Of a stretch of DNA of 64,000 nucleotides, positions 10,607-23,989 are shown piece after piece; position 1 is the stretch's first letter; every line of letters starts with the position of its first letter. Made by a program: the position numbers and the translations under genes. A model generated the notes under the pieces. It saw only the letters and a list, made by a program, of their open reading frames with translations, searched no databases and was not told the DNA's origin. This DNA comes from Nemertoderma westbladi. Taxonomy: Eukaryota; Animalia; Xenacoelomorpha. Location of the stretch: positions 1-64,000 of the forward strand of contig JAUCBJ010007194.1 in assembly GCA_032718475.1 (NCBI GenBank), given 5' to 3'.

Positions 10607-12854
10607 CACCACCTTATTGTGGCCAAGGTAAGACTTAGTCTGCGTGCTAGCAGCACAACGAAATCTGCCTTGCCGCGGCATGACTGGTCCTCTCTGTTGC
10701 AACAGCCAAGTGTGAGATCCAGCTTCACACTACAGCTGAGCAACAGGTATGAGGCTCTTGCCTCTGAGGCGGCAGATCACTGTGAGGGCTATACTGCCTT
10801 TACAGAAGCAGTTAAGTTAGCAGCTGCAGAAACAGTTCCTGTATACCCTCGCAACAGGAAAAGGGCCCCCTGGACTGACAACAAAATTCAGAAGTTCTGA
10901 AATGACCTTCATAAGGCGCAGAAAGAGTCCCGACTCAAACAGACTACAGCGGCCAAGAATGCAGTTAAGGCTGCATCTAGGTCCCTGAACAGGCAGTACT
11001 CTGTTAATCTACAGGAGCTAATAAACCAACAGGTTGATGCCATCAATGATGCTGACGACAGCAGGCAATCATCCCAGGCATGGAAATCGATCAATCTGCT
11101 TACTGGGCGGAAAAGCCAACCAACCACCAAGGTTAAGGCTGAATCACCAGCCGATTGCCTCAATGGTTGGAAAGCCCACTTTGAAAAGCTCCTCAATAAT
11201 GACAGGGTATTGCCCGATAACTTTATAGAAGTAAAAGTGTCTGAGTCTGTACTCCCAGATATTCCCATTGGCGATATCTCCTTTGCAGAAGTGAAGGCTG
11301 CTGCAAAGAGCATTAAGACCAATCGTGACAGTGGAGTAGATGGTGTTCCCCCTGAGGTCTTTAAAATACCTGAGTGTTTAAAGCTCATCTATCCCATCAT
11401 AGTAGACATATACCGAACAACAAGAAATGAAAACAAATAAGTTGGTGCCAGTTCCCAAGAAGGGCAACCTAACACTCTATGGTTCTTTTCGGGGAATCTT
11501 ATTGATCTCGATTGCTGCAAAGCTATACAATAGGATTCTATTAAATCGCATCAGGGATCCCATTGAGAGACTGCTCCATGAAAATCAGAATGGGTTCCGT
11601 AAAGTTCGTGGGACCATGGAGCCCATTTTGGCACTTAGAAGGATAATTGAAGAATTATCAAAAAAGAAAGACAGGCATCTGGCTGTTATCTTTGTTGACT
11701 TCTTCAAGGCCTTTGATCCAGTCTCTCGCTCACGTATGTTCAGCATACTTTCATTATATGGGATTCCTGATGAAATTATTGCAGCAATCAGATCAGTCAG
11801 TATACGATGGTTCGACAACATTTGTGTCTACTGTTGACGGTGACACAGAACCATTTGAAGTGTTATGGGGCGTCCTCCAAGGAGACACACTTGCACCATT
11901 CTTGTTCATTATTGTGGTTGACTATGTTCTACGCATGTCCTTAGATCATCATAATGATGATGGGGTGAAGATAACTCCACCTACTGGCTCCAGAAGTCCA
12001 GGAAATCCTGCGAAGTACCTAACTGATCTAGACTTTGCTGATGACTTAGGAGTACTCTCAGAATCATTAGAGGGAGCCCAATGGCTCCTCAGCTCATTAG
12101 AACATGCTGCTTCTAGTGTTGGTCTTTTTATTAACTCCAGAAAGACCAAAATTTTGACAGTTAACTTTGAAAGTCCTCAGCAAGTCTCTGATCGGATGAG
12201 CATAAGCTCAAAGGATGGTATGCTTGAGCATGTGGACGACTTCTGTTACCTGGGATCATGGATCCGGAAGTCAGGTGAGGACCTTCGAATACGTAAGGGA
12301 AAGGCATGGGCAGCCTTGAATAGGCTTTCCAGGATTTGGAAGGCACCGAGAATAATCGGAAACTTAAGGTCCGATTATTTAGAGCAGCAGTAGTTCCAGT
12401 ACTCCTCTACGGGAGTCCATGCTGGGCTCTAACTGCTGAGGACACCAAATCTCTGGATGGCACATTCACAAGAATGCTACGCCGGGTGCATTGTGTCAAA
12501 TACAATGCACACATCTCCAACCAGACACTATATAACATTGGGGGTGTCTCATTGGTTCCCCCAAGCTTGACACTAGAACAAAATCGCCTCCGCTTTGCAG
12601 GACATTGCTTTCGCCGTGAGGACCAGCCAGTGCATAATCTTGTACTTTGGCAGCCTCATGGAGTGAATAAGCATGGTGGACAGCCCATGACTTTCTTGAG
12701 ACACATCTTAAAGGACACTGGCCTTGAAGATGCGTATGATCTAGCAAATGTCATGGGTGATAGGGAGTTGTGGCGGTGCAATTTTGTTGACAAGCCGGCA
12801 CAGCATTCTCAAAAATGCAGCTGCAATGCAGCATGCCGATCCTAGTAGTAGTAG
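10607..12854 (+). mobile_element. RTE-clade non-LTR retrotransposon, 5'-truncated and frameshifted
   Basis: End of the AP endonuclease (SHHLIVAKV), RT motifs PVPKKG, NQNGFR, FVDFFKAFD, GVLQGDTLAPFLF, LDFADD, and RTE-like C-terminus (RLRFAGHCFR). (TAG)4 tail at 12843-12854. Confidence 0.9.
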
Positions 12855-15800
12855 AGAGAGAGGGATGGTGATTGATCTACCTAGAGAGAGAGGGGGATGG
12901 TGATTGGTCTACCTAGATAGAGAGGGAAGGTGATTGGTCTACCTAGAGAGAGAGGGATGGTGATTGATCTACCTGAGAGAGAGAGAGGGATGGTGATTGG
13001 CTACCTAGAGAGAGAGGGATGGTGATTGGTCTATCTAGAGAGAGAGGGATGGTGATTGATCTACCTCGAGAGAGAGGGATGGTGATTGATCTACCTAGAG
13101 AGAGAGGGGTGGTGATTGGTCTACCTAGAGAGAGAGGGATGGTGATTGGTCTACCTAGAGAGAGAGGGATGGTGATTGATCTACCTAGAGAGAGAGGGAT
13201 GGTGATTGATCTATCCTGACCAAACACCTACCTAGAGAGAGAGGGATGGTGATTAATCTACCTCGAGAGAGAGGGATGGTGATTGATCTACCTCGAGAGA
13301 GAGGGATGGTGATTGATCTACCTAGAGAGAGAGGGATGGTGATTGATCTACCTAGAGAGAGAGGGATGGTGATTGATCTACCTAGAGAGAGAGGGATGGT
13401 GATTGATCTACCTAGAGAGAGAGGGATGGTGATTGATCTACCTAGAGAGAGAGGGATGGTGATTGATCTACCTAGAGAGAGAGGGATGGTGATTGATCTA
13501 CCTAGAGAGAGAGGGATGGTGATTGATCTACCTAGAGAGAGAGGGATGGTGATTGATCTACCTAGAGAGAGAGGGATGGTGATTGATCTACCTAGAGAGA
13601 GAGGGATGGTGATTGATCTACCTAGAGAGAGAGAGGGATGGTGATTGGTCTACCTAGAGAGAGAGGGATGGTGATTGATCTACCTAGAGAGAGAGGGATG
13701 GTGATTGATCTACCTAGAGAGAGAGGGATGGTGATTGATCTACCTAGAGAGCGAGGATGGTGATTGATCTACCTAGAGAGAGAGGGATGGTGATTGATCT
13801 ACCTAGAGAGAGAGGGATGGTGATTGGTCTACCTAGAGAGAGAGGGATGGTGATTGATCTACCTAGAGAGAGAGGGATGGTGATTGATCTACCTAGAGAG
13901 AGAGGGATGGTGATTGATCTACCTAGAGAGAGAGGGATGGTGATTGATCTACCTAGAGAGAGAGGGATGGTGATTGATCTACCTAGAGAGAGAGGGATGG
14001 TGATTGATCTACCTAGAGAGAGAGGGATGGTGATTGATCTACCTAGAGAGAGAGGGATGGTGATTGATCTACCTAGAGAGAGAGGGATGGTGATTGATCT
14101 ACCTAGAGAGAGAGGGATGGTGATTGATCTACCTAGAGAGAGAGAGGGATGGTGATTGATCTACCTAGAGAGAGAGGGGTGGTGATTGATCTACCTAGAG
14201 AGAGAGGGATGGTGATTGATCTACCTAGAGAGAGAGGGATGGTGATTGATCTACCTAGAGAGAGAGGGATGGTGATTGATCTACCTAGAGAGAGAGGGAT
14301 GGTGATTGATCTACCTAGAGAGAGAGGGATGGTGATTGGTCTACCTAGAGAGAGAGGGATGGTGATTGATCTACCTAGAGAGAGAGGGATGGTGATTGAT
14401 CTACCTAGAGAGAGAGGGATGGTGATTGATCTACCTAGAGAGAGAGGGGTGGTGATTGATCTACCTAGAGAGAGAGGGGTGGTGATTGATCTACCTAGAG
14501 AGAGAGGGGTGGTGATTGATCTACCTAGAGAGAGAGGGATGGTGATTGATCTACCTAGAGAGAGAGGGATGGTGATTGATCTACCTAGAGAGAGAGAGGG
14601 ATGGTGATTGATCTACCTAGAGAGAGAGGGATGGTGATTGATCTACCTAGAGAGAGAGAGGGATGGTGATTGATCTACCTGAGAGAGAGAGGGATGGTGA
14701 TTGATCTACCTAGAGAGAGAGGGGTGGTGATTGATCTACCTAGAGAGAGAGGGGTGGTGATTGATCTACCTAGAGAGAGAGGGGTGGTGATTGATCTACC
14801 TAGAGAGAGAGGGGTGGTGATTGATCTACCTAGAGAGAGAGGGGATGGTGATTGATCTACCTAGAGAGAGAGGGATGGTGATTGATCTACCTAGAGAGAG
14901 AGGGATGGTGATTGATCTACCTAGAGAGAGAGAGGAATGGTGATTGATCTACCTAGAGAGAGAGGGATGGTGATTGATCTACCTAGAGAGAGAGAGGGAT
15001 GGTGATTGATCTACCTAGAGAGAGGAGGGATGGTGATTGATCTACCTAGAGAGAGAGAGGGATGGTGATTGATCTACCTAGAGAGAGAGGGATGGTGATT
15101 GATCTATCTAGAGAGAGAGGGATGGTGATTGATCTACCTAGAGAGAGAGGAATGGTGATTGATCTACCTCGAGAGAGAGGGATGGTGATTGATCTACCTA
15201 GAGAGAGAGGGATGGTGATTGATCTACCTAGAGAGAGAGGGATGGTGATTGATCTACCTAGAGAGAGAGGGATGGTGATTGATCTACCTAGAGAGCGAGG
15301 AATGGTGATTGATCTACCTAGAGAGAGAGGGATGGTGATTGATCTACCTGGAGAGAGAGGGATGGTGATTGGTCTACCTAGAGAGAGAGGGATGGTGATT
15401 GATCTACCTCGAGAGAGAGGGATGGTGATTGGTCTACCTAGAGAGAGAGGGATGGTGATTGATCTATCCTGACCAAACATCTACCTGGAGAGAGAGGGAT
15501 GGTGATTGATCTACCTAGAGAGAGAGGAATGGTGATTGATCTACCTAGAGAGAGAGGGATGGTGATTGATCTACCTAGAGAGAGAGGAATGGTGATTGAT
15601 CTACCTAGAGAGAGAGGGATGGTGATTGATCTACCTAGAGAGAGAGGGATGGTGATTGATCTACCTAGAGAGAGAGGGATGGTGATTGATCTACCTAGAG
15701 AGAGAGAGGGATGGTGATTGATCTACCTAGAGAGAGAGAGGGATGGTGATTGATCTACCTAGAGAGAGAGAGGGATGGTGATTGATCTACCTAGAGAGAG

Positions 15801-18800
15801 AGGGATGGTGATTGATCTATCTAGAGAGAGAGGGATGGTGATTGATCTACCTAGAGAGAGAGGAATGGTGATTGATCTACCTCGAGATAGAGGGATGGTG
15901 ATTGATCTACCTAGAGAGAGAGGGATGGTGATTGATCTATCTAGAGAGAGAGAGATGGTGATTGATATACCTAGAGAGAGAGAGATGGTGATTGATCTAC
16001 CTAGAGAGAGAGGAATGGTGATTGATCTACCTAGAGAGCGAGGAATGGTGATTGATCTACCTAGAGAGAGAGGGATGGTGATTGATCTACCTAGAGAGAG
16101 AGGGATGGTGATTGATCTACCTAGAGAGAGAGGGATGGTGATTGATCTACCTAGAGAGAGAGGAATGGTGATTGATCTACCTCGAGATAGAGGGATGGTG
16201 ATTGATCTACCTAGAGAGAGAGGGATGGTGATTGATCTATCTAGAGAGAGAGAGATGGTGATTGATATACCTAGAGAGAGAGGGATGGTGATTGATCTAC
16301 CTAGAGAGAGAGGGATGGTGATTGATCTACCTAGAGAGAGAGGGATGGTGATTGATCTACCTCGAGAGAGAGGGATGGTGATTGATCTACCTAGAGAGCG
16401 AGGAATGGTGATTGATCTACCTAGAGAGAGAGGGATGGTGATTGATCTACCTAGAGAGAGAGAGGGATGGTGATTGGCTACCTAGAGAGAGAGGGGTGGT
16501 GATTGATCTACCTAGAGAGAGAGGGGTGGTGATTGATCTACCTAGAGAGAGAGGGGTGGTGATTGATCTACCTAGAGAGAGAGGGGTGGTGATTGATCTA
16601 CCTAGAGAGAGAGGGGTGGTGATTGATCTACCTAGAGAGAGAGGGGTGGTGATTGATCTACCTAGAGAGAGAGGGGTGGTGATTGATCTACCTAGAGAGA
16701 GAGGGATGGTGATTGATCTACCTAGAGAGAGAGGGATGGTGATTGATCTACCTAGAGAGAGAGGAATGGTGATTGATCTACCTAGAGAGCGAGGAATGGT
16801 GATTGATCTACCTAGAGAGAGAGGGATGGTGATTGATCTACCTAGAGAGAGAGGGATGGTGATTGATCTACCTAGAGAGAGAGGGGTGGTGATTGATCTA
16901 CCTAGAGAGAGAGGGGTGGTGATTGATCTACCTAGAGAGAGAGGGATGGTGATTGATCTACCTGGAGAGAGAGGGATGGTGATTGGTCTACCTAGAGAGA
17001 GAGGGATGGTGATTGATCTATCCTGACCAAACATCTACCTAGAGAGAGAGGGATGGTGATTGATCTACCTAGAGAGAGAGGGATGGTGATTGATCTACCT
17101 GGAGAGAGAGGGATGGTGATTGGTCTACCTAGAGAGAGAGGGATGGTGATTGATCTATCCTGACCAAACATCTACCTGGAGAGAGAGGGATGGTGATTGA
17201 TCTACCTAGAGAGAGAGGAATGGTGATTGATCTACCTAGAGAGAGAGGAATGGTGATTGATCTACCTAGAGAGCGAGGAATGGTGATTGATCTACCTAGA
17301 GAGAGAGAGGGATGGTGATTGATCTACCTAGAGAGAGAGGGATGGTGATTGATCTATCTAGAGAGAGAGGGATGGTGATTGATCTACCTAGAGAGAGAGG
17401 AATGGTGATTGATCTACCTCGAGATAGAGGGATGGTGATTGATCTACCTAAAGAGAGAGGGATGGTGATTGATCTACCTAAAGAGAGAGGGGTGGTGATT
17501 GATCTACCTAGAGAGAGAGGGGTGGTGATTGATCTACCTAGAGAGAGAGGGATGGTGATTGATCTACCTAGAGAGAGAGGGATGGTGATTGATCTACCTA
17601 GAGAGAGAGGGATGGTGATTGATCTATCCTGACCAAACATCTACCTGGAGAGAGAGGGATGGTGATTGATCTACCTAGAGAGAGAGGGATGGTGATTGAT
17701 CTATCTAGAGAGAGAGGGATGGTGATTGATCTACCTAGAGAGAGAGGAATGGTGATTGATCTACCTCGAGATAGAGGGATGGTGATTGATCTACCTAAAG
17801 AGAGAGGGATGGTGATTGATCTACCTATAGAGAGAGGGATGGTGATTGATCTACCTAGAGAGAGAGGGATGGTGATTGATCTACCTAGAGAGAGAGGGAT
17901 GGTGATTGATCTACCTAGAGAGAGAGGGATGGTGATTGATCTACCTAGAGAGAGAGGGATGGTGATTGATCTATCCTGACCATTCACCTACCTAGAAAGA
18001 GAGGGATGGTGATTGATCTACCTCGAGAGAGAGGGATGGTGATTGATCTACCTCGAGAGAGAGGGATGGTGATTGATCTACCTGAAGAGAGAGGGATGGT
18101 GATTGATCTACCTAGAGAGAGAGGGATGGTGATTGATCTACCTAAAGAGAGAGGGATGGTGATTGATCTACCTAGAGAGAGAGGGATGGTGATTGATCTA
18201 CCTCGAGATAGAGGGATGGTGATTGATCTACCTAAAGAGAGAGGGATGGTGATTGATCTACCTAAAGAGAGAGGGATGGTGATTGATCTACCTAGAGAGA
18301 GAGGGATGGTGATTGATCTACCTAAAGAGAGAGGGATGGTGATTGATCTACCTAAAGAGAGAGGGATGGTGATTGATCTACCTAGAGAGAGAGGGATGGT
18401 GATTGATCTACCTAGAGAGAGAGGGATGGTGATTGATCTACCTAGAGAGAGAGGGATGGTGATTGATCTACCTAGAGAGAGAGGGATGGTGATTGATCTA
18501 TCCTGACCATTCACCTACCTAGAAAGAGAGGGATGGTGATTGATCTACCTCGAGAGAGAGGGATGGTGATTGATCTACCTAAAGAGAGAGGGATGGTGAT
18601 TGATCTACCTAGAGAGAGAGGGATGGTGATTGATCTACCTAAAGAGAGAGGGATGGTGATTGATCTACCTAGAGAGAGAGGGATGGTGATTGATCTACCT
18701 AAAGAGAGAGGGATGGTGATTGATCTACCTAGAGAGAGAGGGATGGTGATTGATCTACCTAAAGAGAGAGGGATGGTGATTGATCTACCTAGAGAGAGAG

Positions 18801-19128
18801 GGATGGTGATTGATCTACCTAAAGAGAGAGGGATGGTGATTGATCTACCTAGAGAGAGAGGGATGGTGATTGATCTACCTCGAGATAGAGGGATGGTGAT
18901 TGATCTACCTAAAGAGAGAGGGATGGTGATTGATCTACCTAGAGAGAGAGGGATGGTGATTGATCTACCTAGAGAGAGAGGGATGGTGATTGATCTACCT
19001 AAAGAGAGAGGGATGGTGATTGATCTACCTAGAGAGAGAGGGATGGTGATTGATCTACCTAGAGAGAGAGAGGGATGGTGATTGATCTACCTAGAGAGAG
19101 AGGGATGGTGATTGATCTATCCTGACCA
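12855..19128. repeat. 30-bp minisatellite, about 200 units (CTACCTAGAGAGAGAGGGATGGTGATTGAT)
   Basis: Directly visible tandem array with variable (GA)n length and recurring variant units. Confidence 0.99.
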
Positions 19129-19757
19129 ATCAGGTCAGGATAGGTATAGCTTTGTGTGTTCTATCCCTTTGGTGGGATAACGCATCTGACTTTAGACTAT
19201 TGGCTGCCTTCCAATAATATTGGGTACTGTCTGTACAATACGTACAGTACAGTACAGTTGACAGATTAATATTTTATAATAATTCTTACAGTATCTACTT
19301 AAAAATTTGGTAATAATAAACTTAGAATCTGTGGTTTATAGACTGTGACTGATTGGTCTTTGAGTCTAGCAGAGCCGAGTTGAGTTGAAGAGCAGTTAGC
19401 AGAAGATGGTTGATTCGTGAAGCATACAACTCGTCATAATAGTAATAAATAATAATGTCAGGTATTCGGCTTCGACCTTTTGCTATCATGTCTCTTTGTT
19501 GCCCCCCCCCCCCCCCTTCTACTGACTAAGAATTTAAATTAAATTATCAAATGTAATTCTATTTTTTGGCGATTTTGGGGCCAGTGCTCAAAAAAGCAGC
19601 AACTGTAAAGAACATTTTTATTTATGCCATAATACAGTGTAATTATAAAATATTTCAACACGGCCAATACTAATTTGTTAATTCGAATTCTAATTCTAAC
19701 ACAATAGTACTGATTCTTCCCTGCAGTTTAATCGAAAACATATAGAATATCTGCAGA

Positions 19758-20183
19758 TTACAAAATTACGTGTTGAATTGGAGGTATAGCGTTCCCATCA
19801 CAATCACTCAGATTACATCTGCAACTAATAGGTAAACGACCTGTCATCTTTATGCGATGGGAAACCTGGACTTCTCCAGTAAACTTGTTAACCACCCGAC
19901 AAGGACCGATAACGAATCCCGATCGAGTAGAAGTTGGTTGACAACATGAACAGAATCGATCCCAAGTAGTCACATTACTCGCGAAACTGGTTCTTAAGAA
20001 TGATCGCGACACACAACTGCCGACACAAACAGGAACCTTAGTCAACCTCCATGGTAAACAACCGGGTATGTTTACTCGCATTGACCGGTAGGAGACGCCG
20101 CATGCGTCATTTAACCCAGAAGTGACGCTTCCTATTAACAGTAGTGGCAGAGCAAGCGAAACCCAGAAAGGTTTACCTGCCAT
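19758..20183 (-). CDS. Secreted cystine-knot protein, bursicon-alpha/glycoprotein-hormone-like (141 aa)
   Basis: Hydrophobic signal peptide (MAGKPFWVSLALPLLLIGSVTSG) followed by 11 Cys in motifs PGCLP, CVGSCVS, DRFCSCCQ, PISCRC...C. These parallel bursicon alpha PGCVP/CVGRCAS/ERSCMCCQ/PLECMC. Acceptor-like ctttgtAG at 20214-20213 upstream of the ATG, and AATAAA at 19622-19617. Confidence 0.85.
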   Translation of the reverse strand: MAGKPFWVSLALPLLLIGSVTSGLNDACGVSYRSMRVNIPGCLPWRLTKVPVCVGSCVSRSFLRTSFASNVTTWDRFCSCCQPTSTRSGFVIGPCRVVNKFTGEVQVSHRIKMTGRLPISCRCNLSDCDGNAIPPIQHVIL

Positions 20184-23100
20184 CCAGAATCGCGCGCGTA
20201 AATCGAGTTTACCTACAAAGTAATCAAAGTAAGTTATACAGCTTCCAAAATGATCGCTAATGGGCCGTCTCAAACCAATTCCTCAATACCTTTGTAAATA
20301 ATATGATATTGGTGGTAAAAAAATTATAATTATTTCAGTAAATTCTTTATGTGCGGTCAATTTGAAGTTAACGAAATAAATTCATTGCATTATTAATCTA
20401 ATGTGTTCTATAATAATTTCATTTTCAAGTCGGCGTGAAATACGCCGTGAAATAAAGTAAAACTCAATGATGGGCTATGAGGTGCTATATATCACGGCGT
20501 GAAATACAGCAACAGTAATCTTTTAATATGATTGTACGGTATTCTACGGTTACGCTGAGGAAGATCTTACAGTATGTCCTTCATCACAGATCCAGACAGC
20601 ACAATCTACATAGGTCGTTACAGGTACCGGACCGCGTACTGTACCAGTGTCGCAGTGTCATTCATTATGTTGCTACCTACACTGTTGTTACTGGTACGGG
20701 TTTACGGTATAAAATTGATTTATAATCAATAAAACTTTGAAACTTGAAAATAAAACGACATAAACGATTTAAATAAAGTATATACCTGTATATCACTTTC
20801 AGGCACTCATTCCATATTTCATTCACTCGCTTACTCTAACCCGGAAATATTCCCTATCAAGTCAGCGTGAAATACAGTGCTATACTTTAGTTAAATCGCA
20901 TACATAGTTAATATTTCATTAATATAATATGAATTAACTATTACAAAGTTCTTACCTGTAATAAAGTTTTCAAAAAGTAGATTAGTAGTTTGGTTCATAA
21001 TTGGTAATTTTTATCATTTTATATAAATTTATCGTTCCTGACCTTGGACTGAATAAGGGGAAAAGTTTGTTGAGTAGTTTGGCCAATCAAGTTTGCATTT
21101 GGGTGATGACCAAATACACCCAATCAGGAACGATACCCAGAAAACTATTTCAGCAAAATCGTTATAACTTTTTGTTGGGCACAGTTTTTGCAATAACCCA
21201 CCCATAACACCAATAATAAAGCAAAATCGTGAAAGTTTTATGTGAGTCGAGACTGAAATTACTAAAATTTTAACTGAATCTAAGAAATTTTTATTTTTAC
21301 TGGCTACATATAATTATATACTGTAGTATTAAGTGTAGTATAATATTATTACTAATTGAAATTGTAATTGAAATAATAATGAAATACGGTGTATTAAAAT
21401 GTGACTTGAAATAAAATTCCAGAATAAACAAAAATACGTAGGCCTATATGGTACAGTAAGTTATAGATACATTATTACATAGAGTAGATATATTTATATA
21501 TTATTACAAAGATACATTAATACAATAAAAATATGAATTTCGCATATCTAAAAATGACCGTCGTGTTGTTAATGTTGGTATTCATGGTTATCCACGTTAC
21601 GGTAAGTAAAACAAGTTCTTCTGACTCGACCACTCAATATATAAAAAGTAAAAGTAAAAATATAGGGTTGAAATTGTCTCGGGCAGTGATAAAACCCGTG
21701 TAGGCCTACCAAATAAAGTAATTTTGGCTAGAAGTAGGTCTATGATAAAATTAGCGCCAAAAAAGCTTTTGACAGGAGAAGAATTACAAAATTAAAAGGC
21801 CTCTGCCATTTAGGCAAACTCTCGAATTAATTTGTAATATATTTATTTAGGAGGAATGTGAATTAATTCCTATATCTCGGTACTTACAAGCCTCGTTCAC
21901 AAACACCAGCGGAGAAAATATCCGTTGCTATGATTCCCACGAGACCATGGCCTGTGAAGGTGGGTGCCCATCCCATGTCGGCCCTGCGCTGAAATTACTT
22001 GGCACTGAGGTTGAGACTTTAAAGGTAAATAACATTTTTATAGATATATTATATAATGTAATACACAGGACAATATGATAATGCTCTCCATAGCGAAAAC
22101 TATCAACCGACACTGTTGGGGCTCGAACCCGGTTCCTCAGTTTCAATCTTCCGATTATCATCAGCCGGGTGTGTGTCGCTATGGATAGCATTATCACATT
22201 GTCCTATTATATTATATATTTAATTCACCGTCACTCCCCCCACAACAACTCACTTATTATTATAGATATTACACCATGTCCTGGAATATAGTGTCGTTAA
22301 TCAGGTACATGGCTCCCCCCCCCCCCCCAAATTTTTCTACAAATCTTAATGAGATTGCATGAAATTTGAAACAGAGATAGTTTCACCTCCCGACCACTTA
22401 CTGGGTGAGCCAGAATTTTTATTTTTGCTTTCAATCTTTAGCTACATGCGTTTAAAAAAGTGTCTCCAGCGATATTACACCAGTTACACCTCAGTTATTC
22501 TTCTATCATATAGCTGTGTGGTACCAAACCATTGGTGCTGGTACCAATGGAAAGCTGGCCATGCAAGGATTTCAAATATGTAACACAATTTGAATTTCGT
22601 TGAAAAATAGCTGAGCTATGAGCGTTCAAATGTTTCATGGTTTTGCACCGGCGCGAGGCTATTTTATTCTATTTAATAAATGCATCATAATCTGGAATTT
22701 TTTGTTTATCCAAATACGTATCAGCTTCTTCGTACTTATCGTACTTATCAGAGTTCGGTATGTGAAGAAAGGATTTTATGGATACTCATTTATACATTTT
22801 AATCTGTACTATATCAAATATAAGTGAAATTTATTAACAGGTACAAAGTATTAATTATCTAATATCTTAATAATCTCCTGCATGGATGTGATAAATCAGT
22901 AGTCCATCTTGACTATATTTGACAGAAGCAAACTTAGTCACCGTCTGTGTCCGTTCATTTTACTGAACACTCTCGCCATTTTCTTTGGTCATTTTTCTAA
23001 TGTTTCTTCTATTGGACATTTCGCCATAATGGCGAAATGTAATCCCCCATTCTCACCTCGATGGCTCGCCCCACTCACCTCGTTCAATGCGTCCACCCTC

Positions 23101-23789
23101 ACAGCCACGGCATAGGCCGCAACGCTGCAAAGTGGTACTTTGCAGCGTTGCGAGTAATTTACCAGAACGCTGTTAAGTTGACATAATGTAACAAAAATAA
23201 GTAGTTAACATGTCCATTTGTTTATTTATATTATCAAATTATCTATTATTAGCTAGTACATAAAAATGTGATTTAATGAAATTTTTTAAAGATGTTGCAG
23301 TGGAATATAATTATTTTATTAAAACGTTGCAGCAGCCATCAACTTCTGAACTTGTTGCTGGACTCATCACATATAGAAACTGTTGTAGCGAAATGTTTCT
23401 GAGTGTCCAGCTATTGCTGACCCCTCACACGGAGCAACTTTTGTTTAAGAAACAAGTTGCAGAAACAAAAGTTGCTCCGTGTTGAGGTTTAAGAGGACCA
23501 TTAGTCATTACCCAAAGTTTATTATATTTTATTTATAAAACTACTACTCTGAAATTTTAATATAAAGCTGCTGAACATTTTTGGTATTGAAATTTTAATA
23601 TAAAGCTGCTGAACATTTTGGTATATGTTAGATGAATATTATTATGAGTGAAAAATAATAAAGTAGTAGGGAATTTAGTAATAAAATATGTAAAAAAAAT
23701 TAAATAACAAAAAAGTTAAATCACACTATTTCTATTAAATCACATAATTAATTAAATTAATCTAGGCTGTGATTTTGTTTAATTTTCAA

Positions 23790-23939
23790 AAGTCGAATCG
23801 AATCGAATATTTTCTTTCGATTTTCGATTCGATTTCGGTATTTTTCGATTCGATTCGATTTCTGGAAAAACAGCTTTCGATTCGATTTCGACCCAGTGAA
23901 ATTCGTTCGATTCGATTTCGATTCGATCCCAGTCCCTGC
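23790..23939. repeat. (TTCGA)n-rich remnant, probably one end of a non-autonomous DNA transposon
   Basis: Dense TTCGA/TCGAA pentamers ending in CCCAGTCCCTG, a CAGGG-type terminus on the minus strand. Confidence 0.45.
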
Positions 23940-23989
23940 TCAAGGACTGTTTGGTGTATGTACAGTGTCACTTTAGCGATTCGGTAGTA

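Noticed and set aside
10607-10702. N-terminus MQQRGPVM... of the 2012-aa ORF
   Set aside because: Antisense RTE sequence that happens to be open in frame. The true gag start is seen in copy B at 45012.
12943-19081. Many ORFs reading (MVIDLPRERG)n or (RSITIPLSLG)n
   Set aside because: By-products of a 30-bp stop-free repeat. Frames break wherever (GA)n length changes.
20184-20273. 30-aa N-terminal extension of the cystine-knot ORF
   Set aside because: Non-ATG start, spans a likely splice acceptor, and the signal peptide begins at the ATG at 20183.
22110-22140. Pol III B-box-like GGTTCGAGCCC on the minus strand
   Set aside because: No cloverleaf or convincing A box. Possibly a decayed SINE head, not a tRNA gene.
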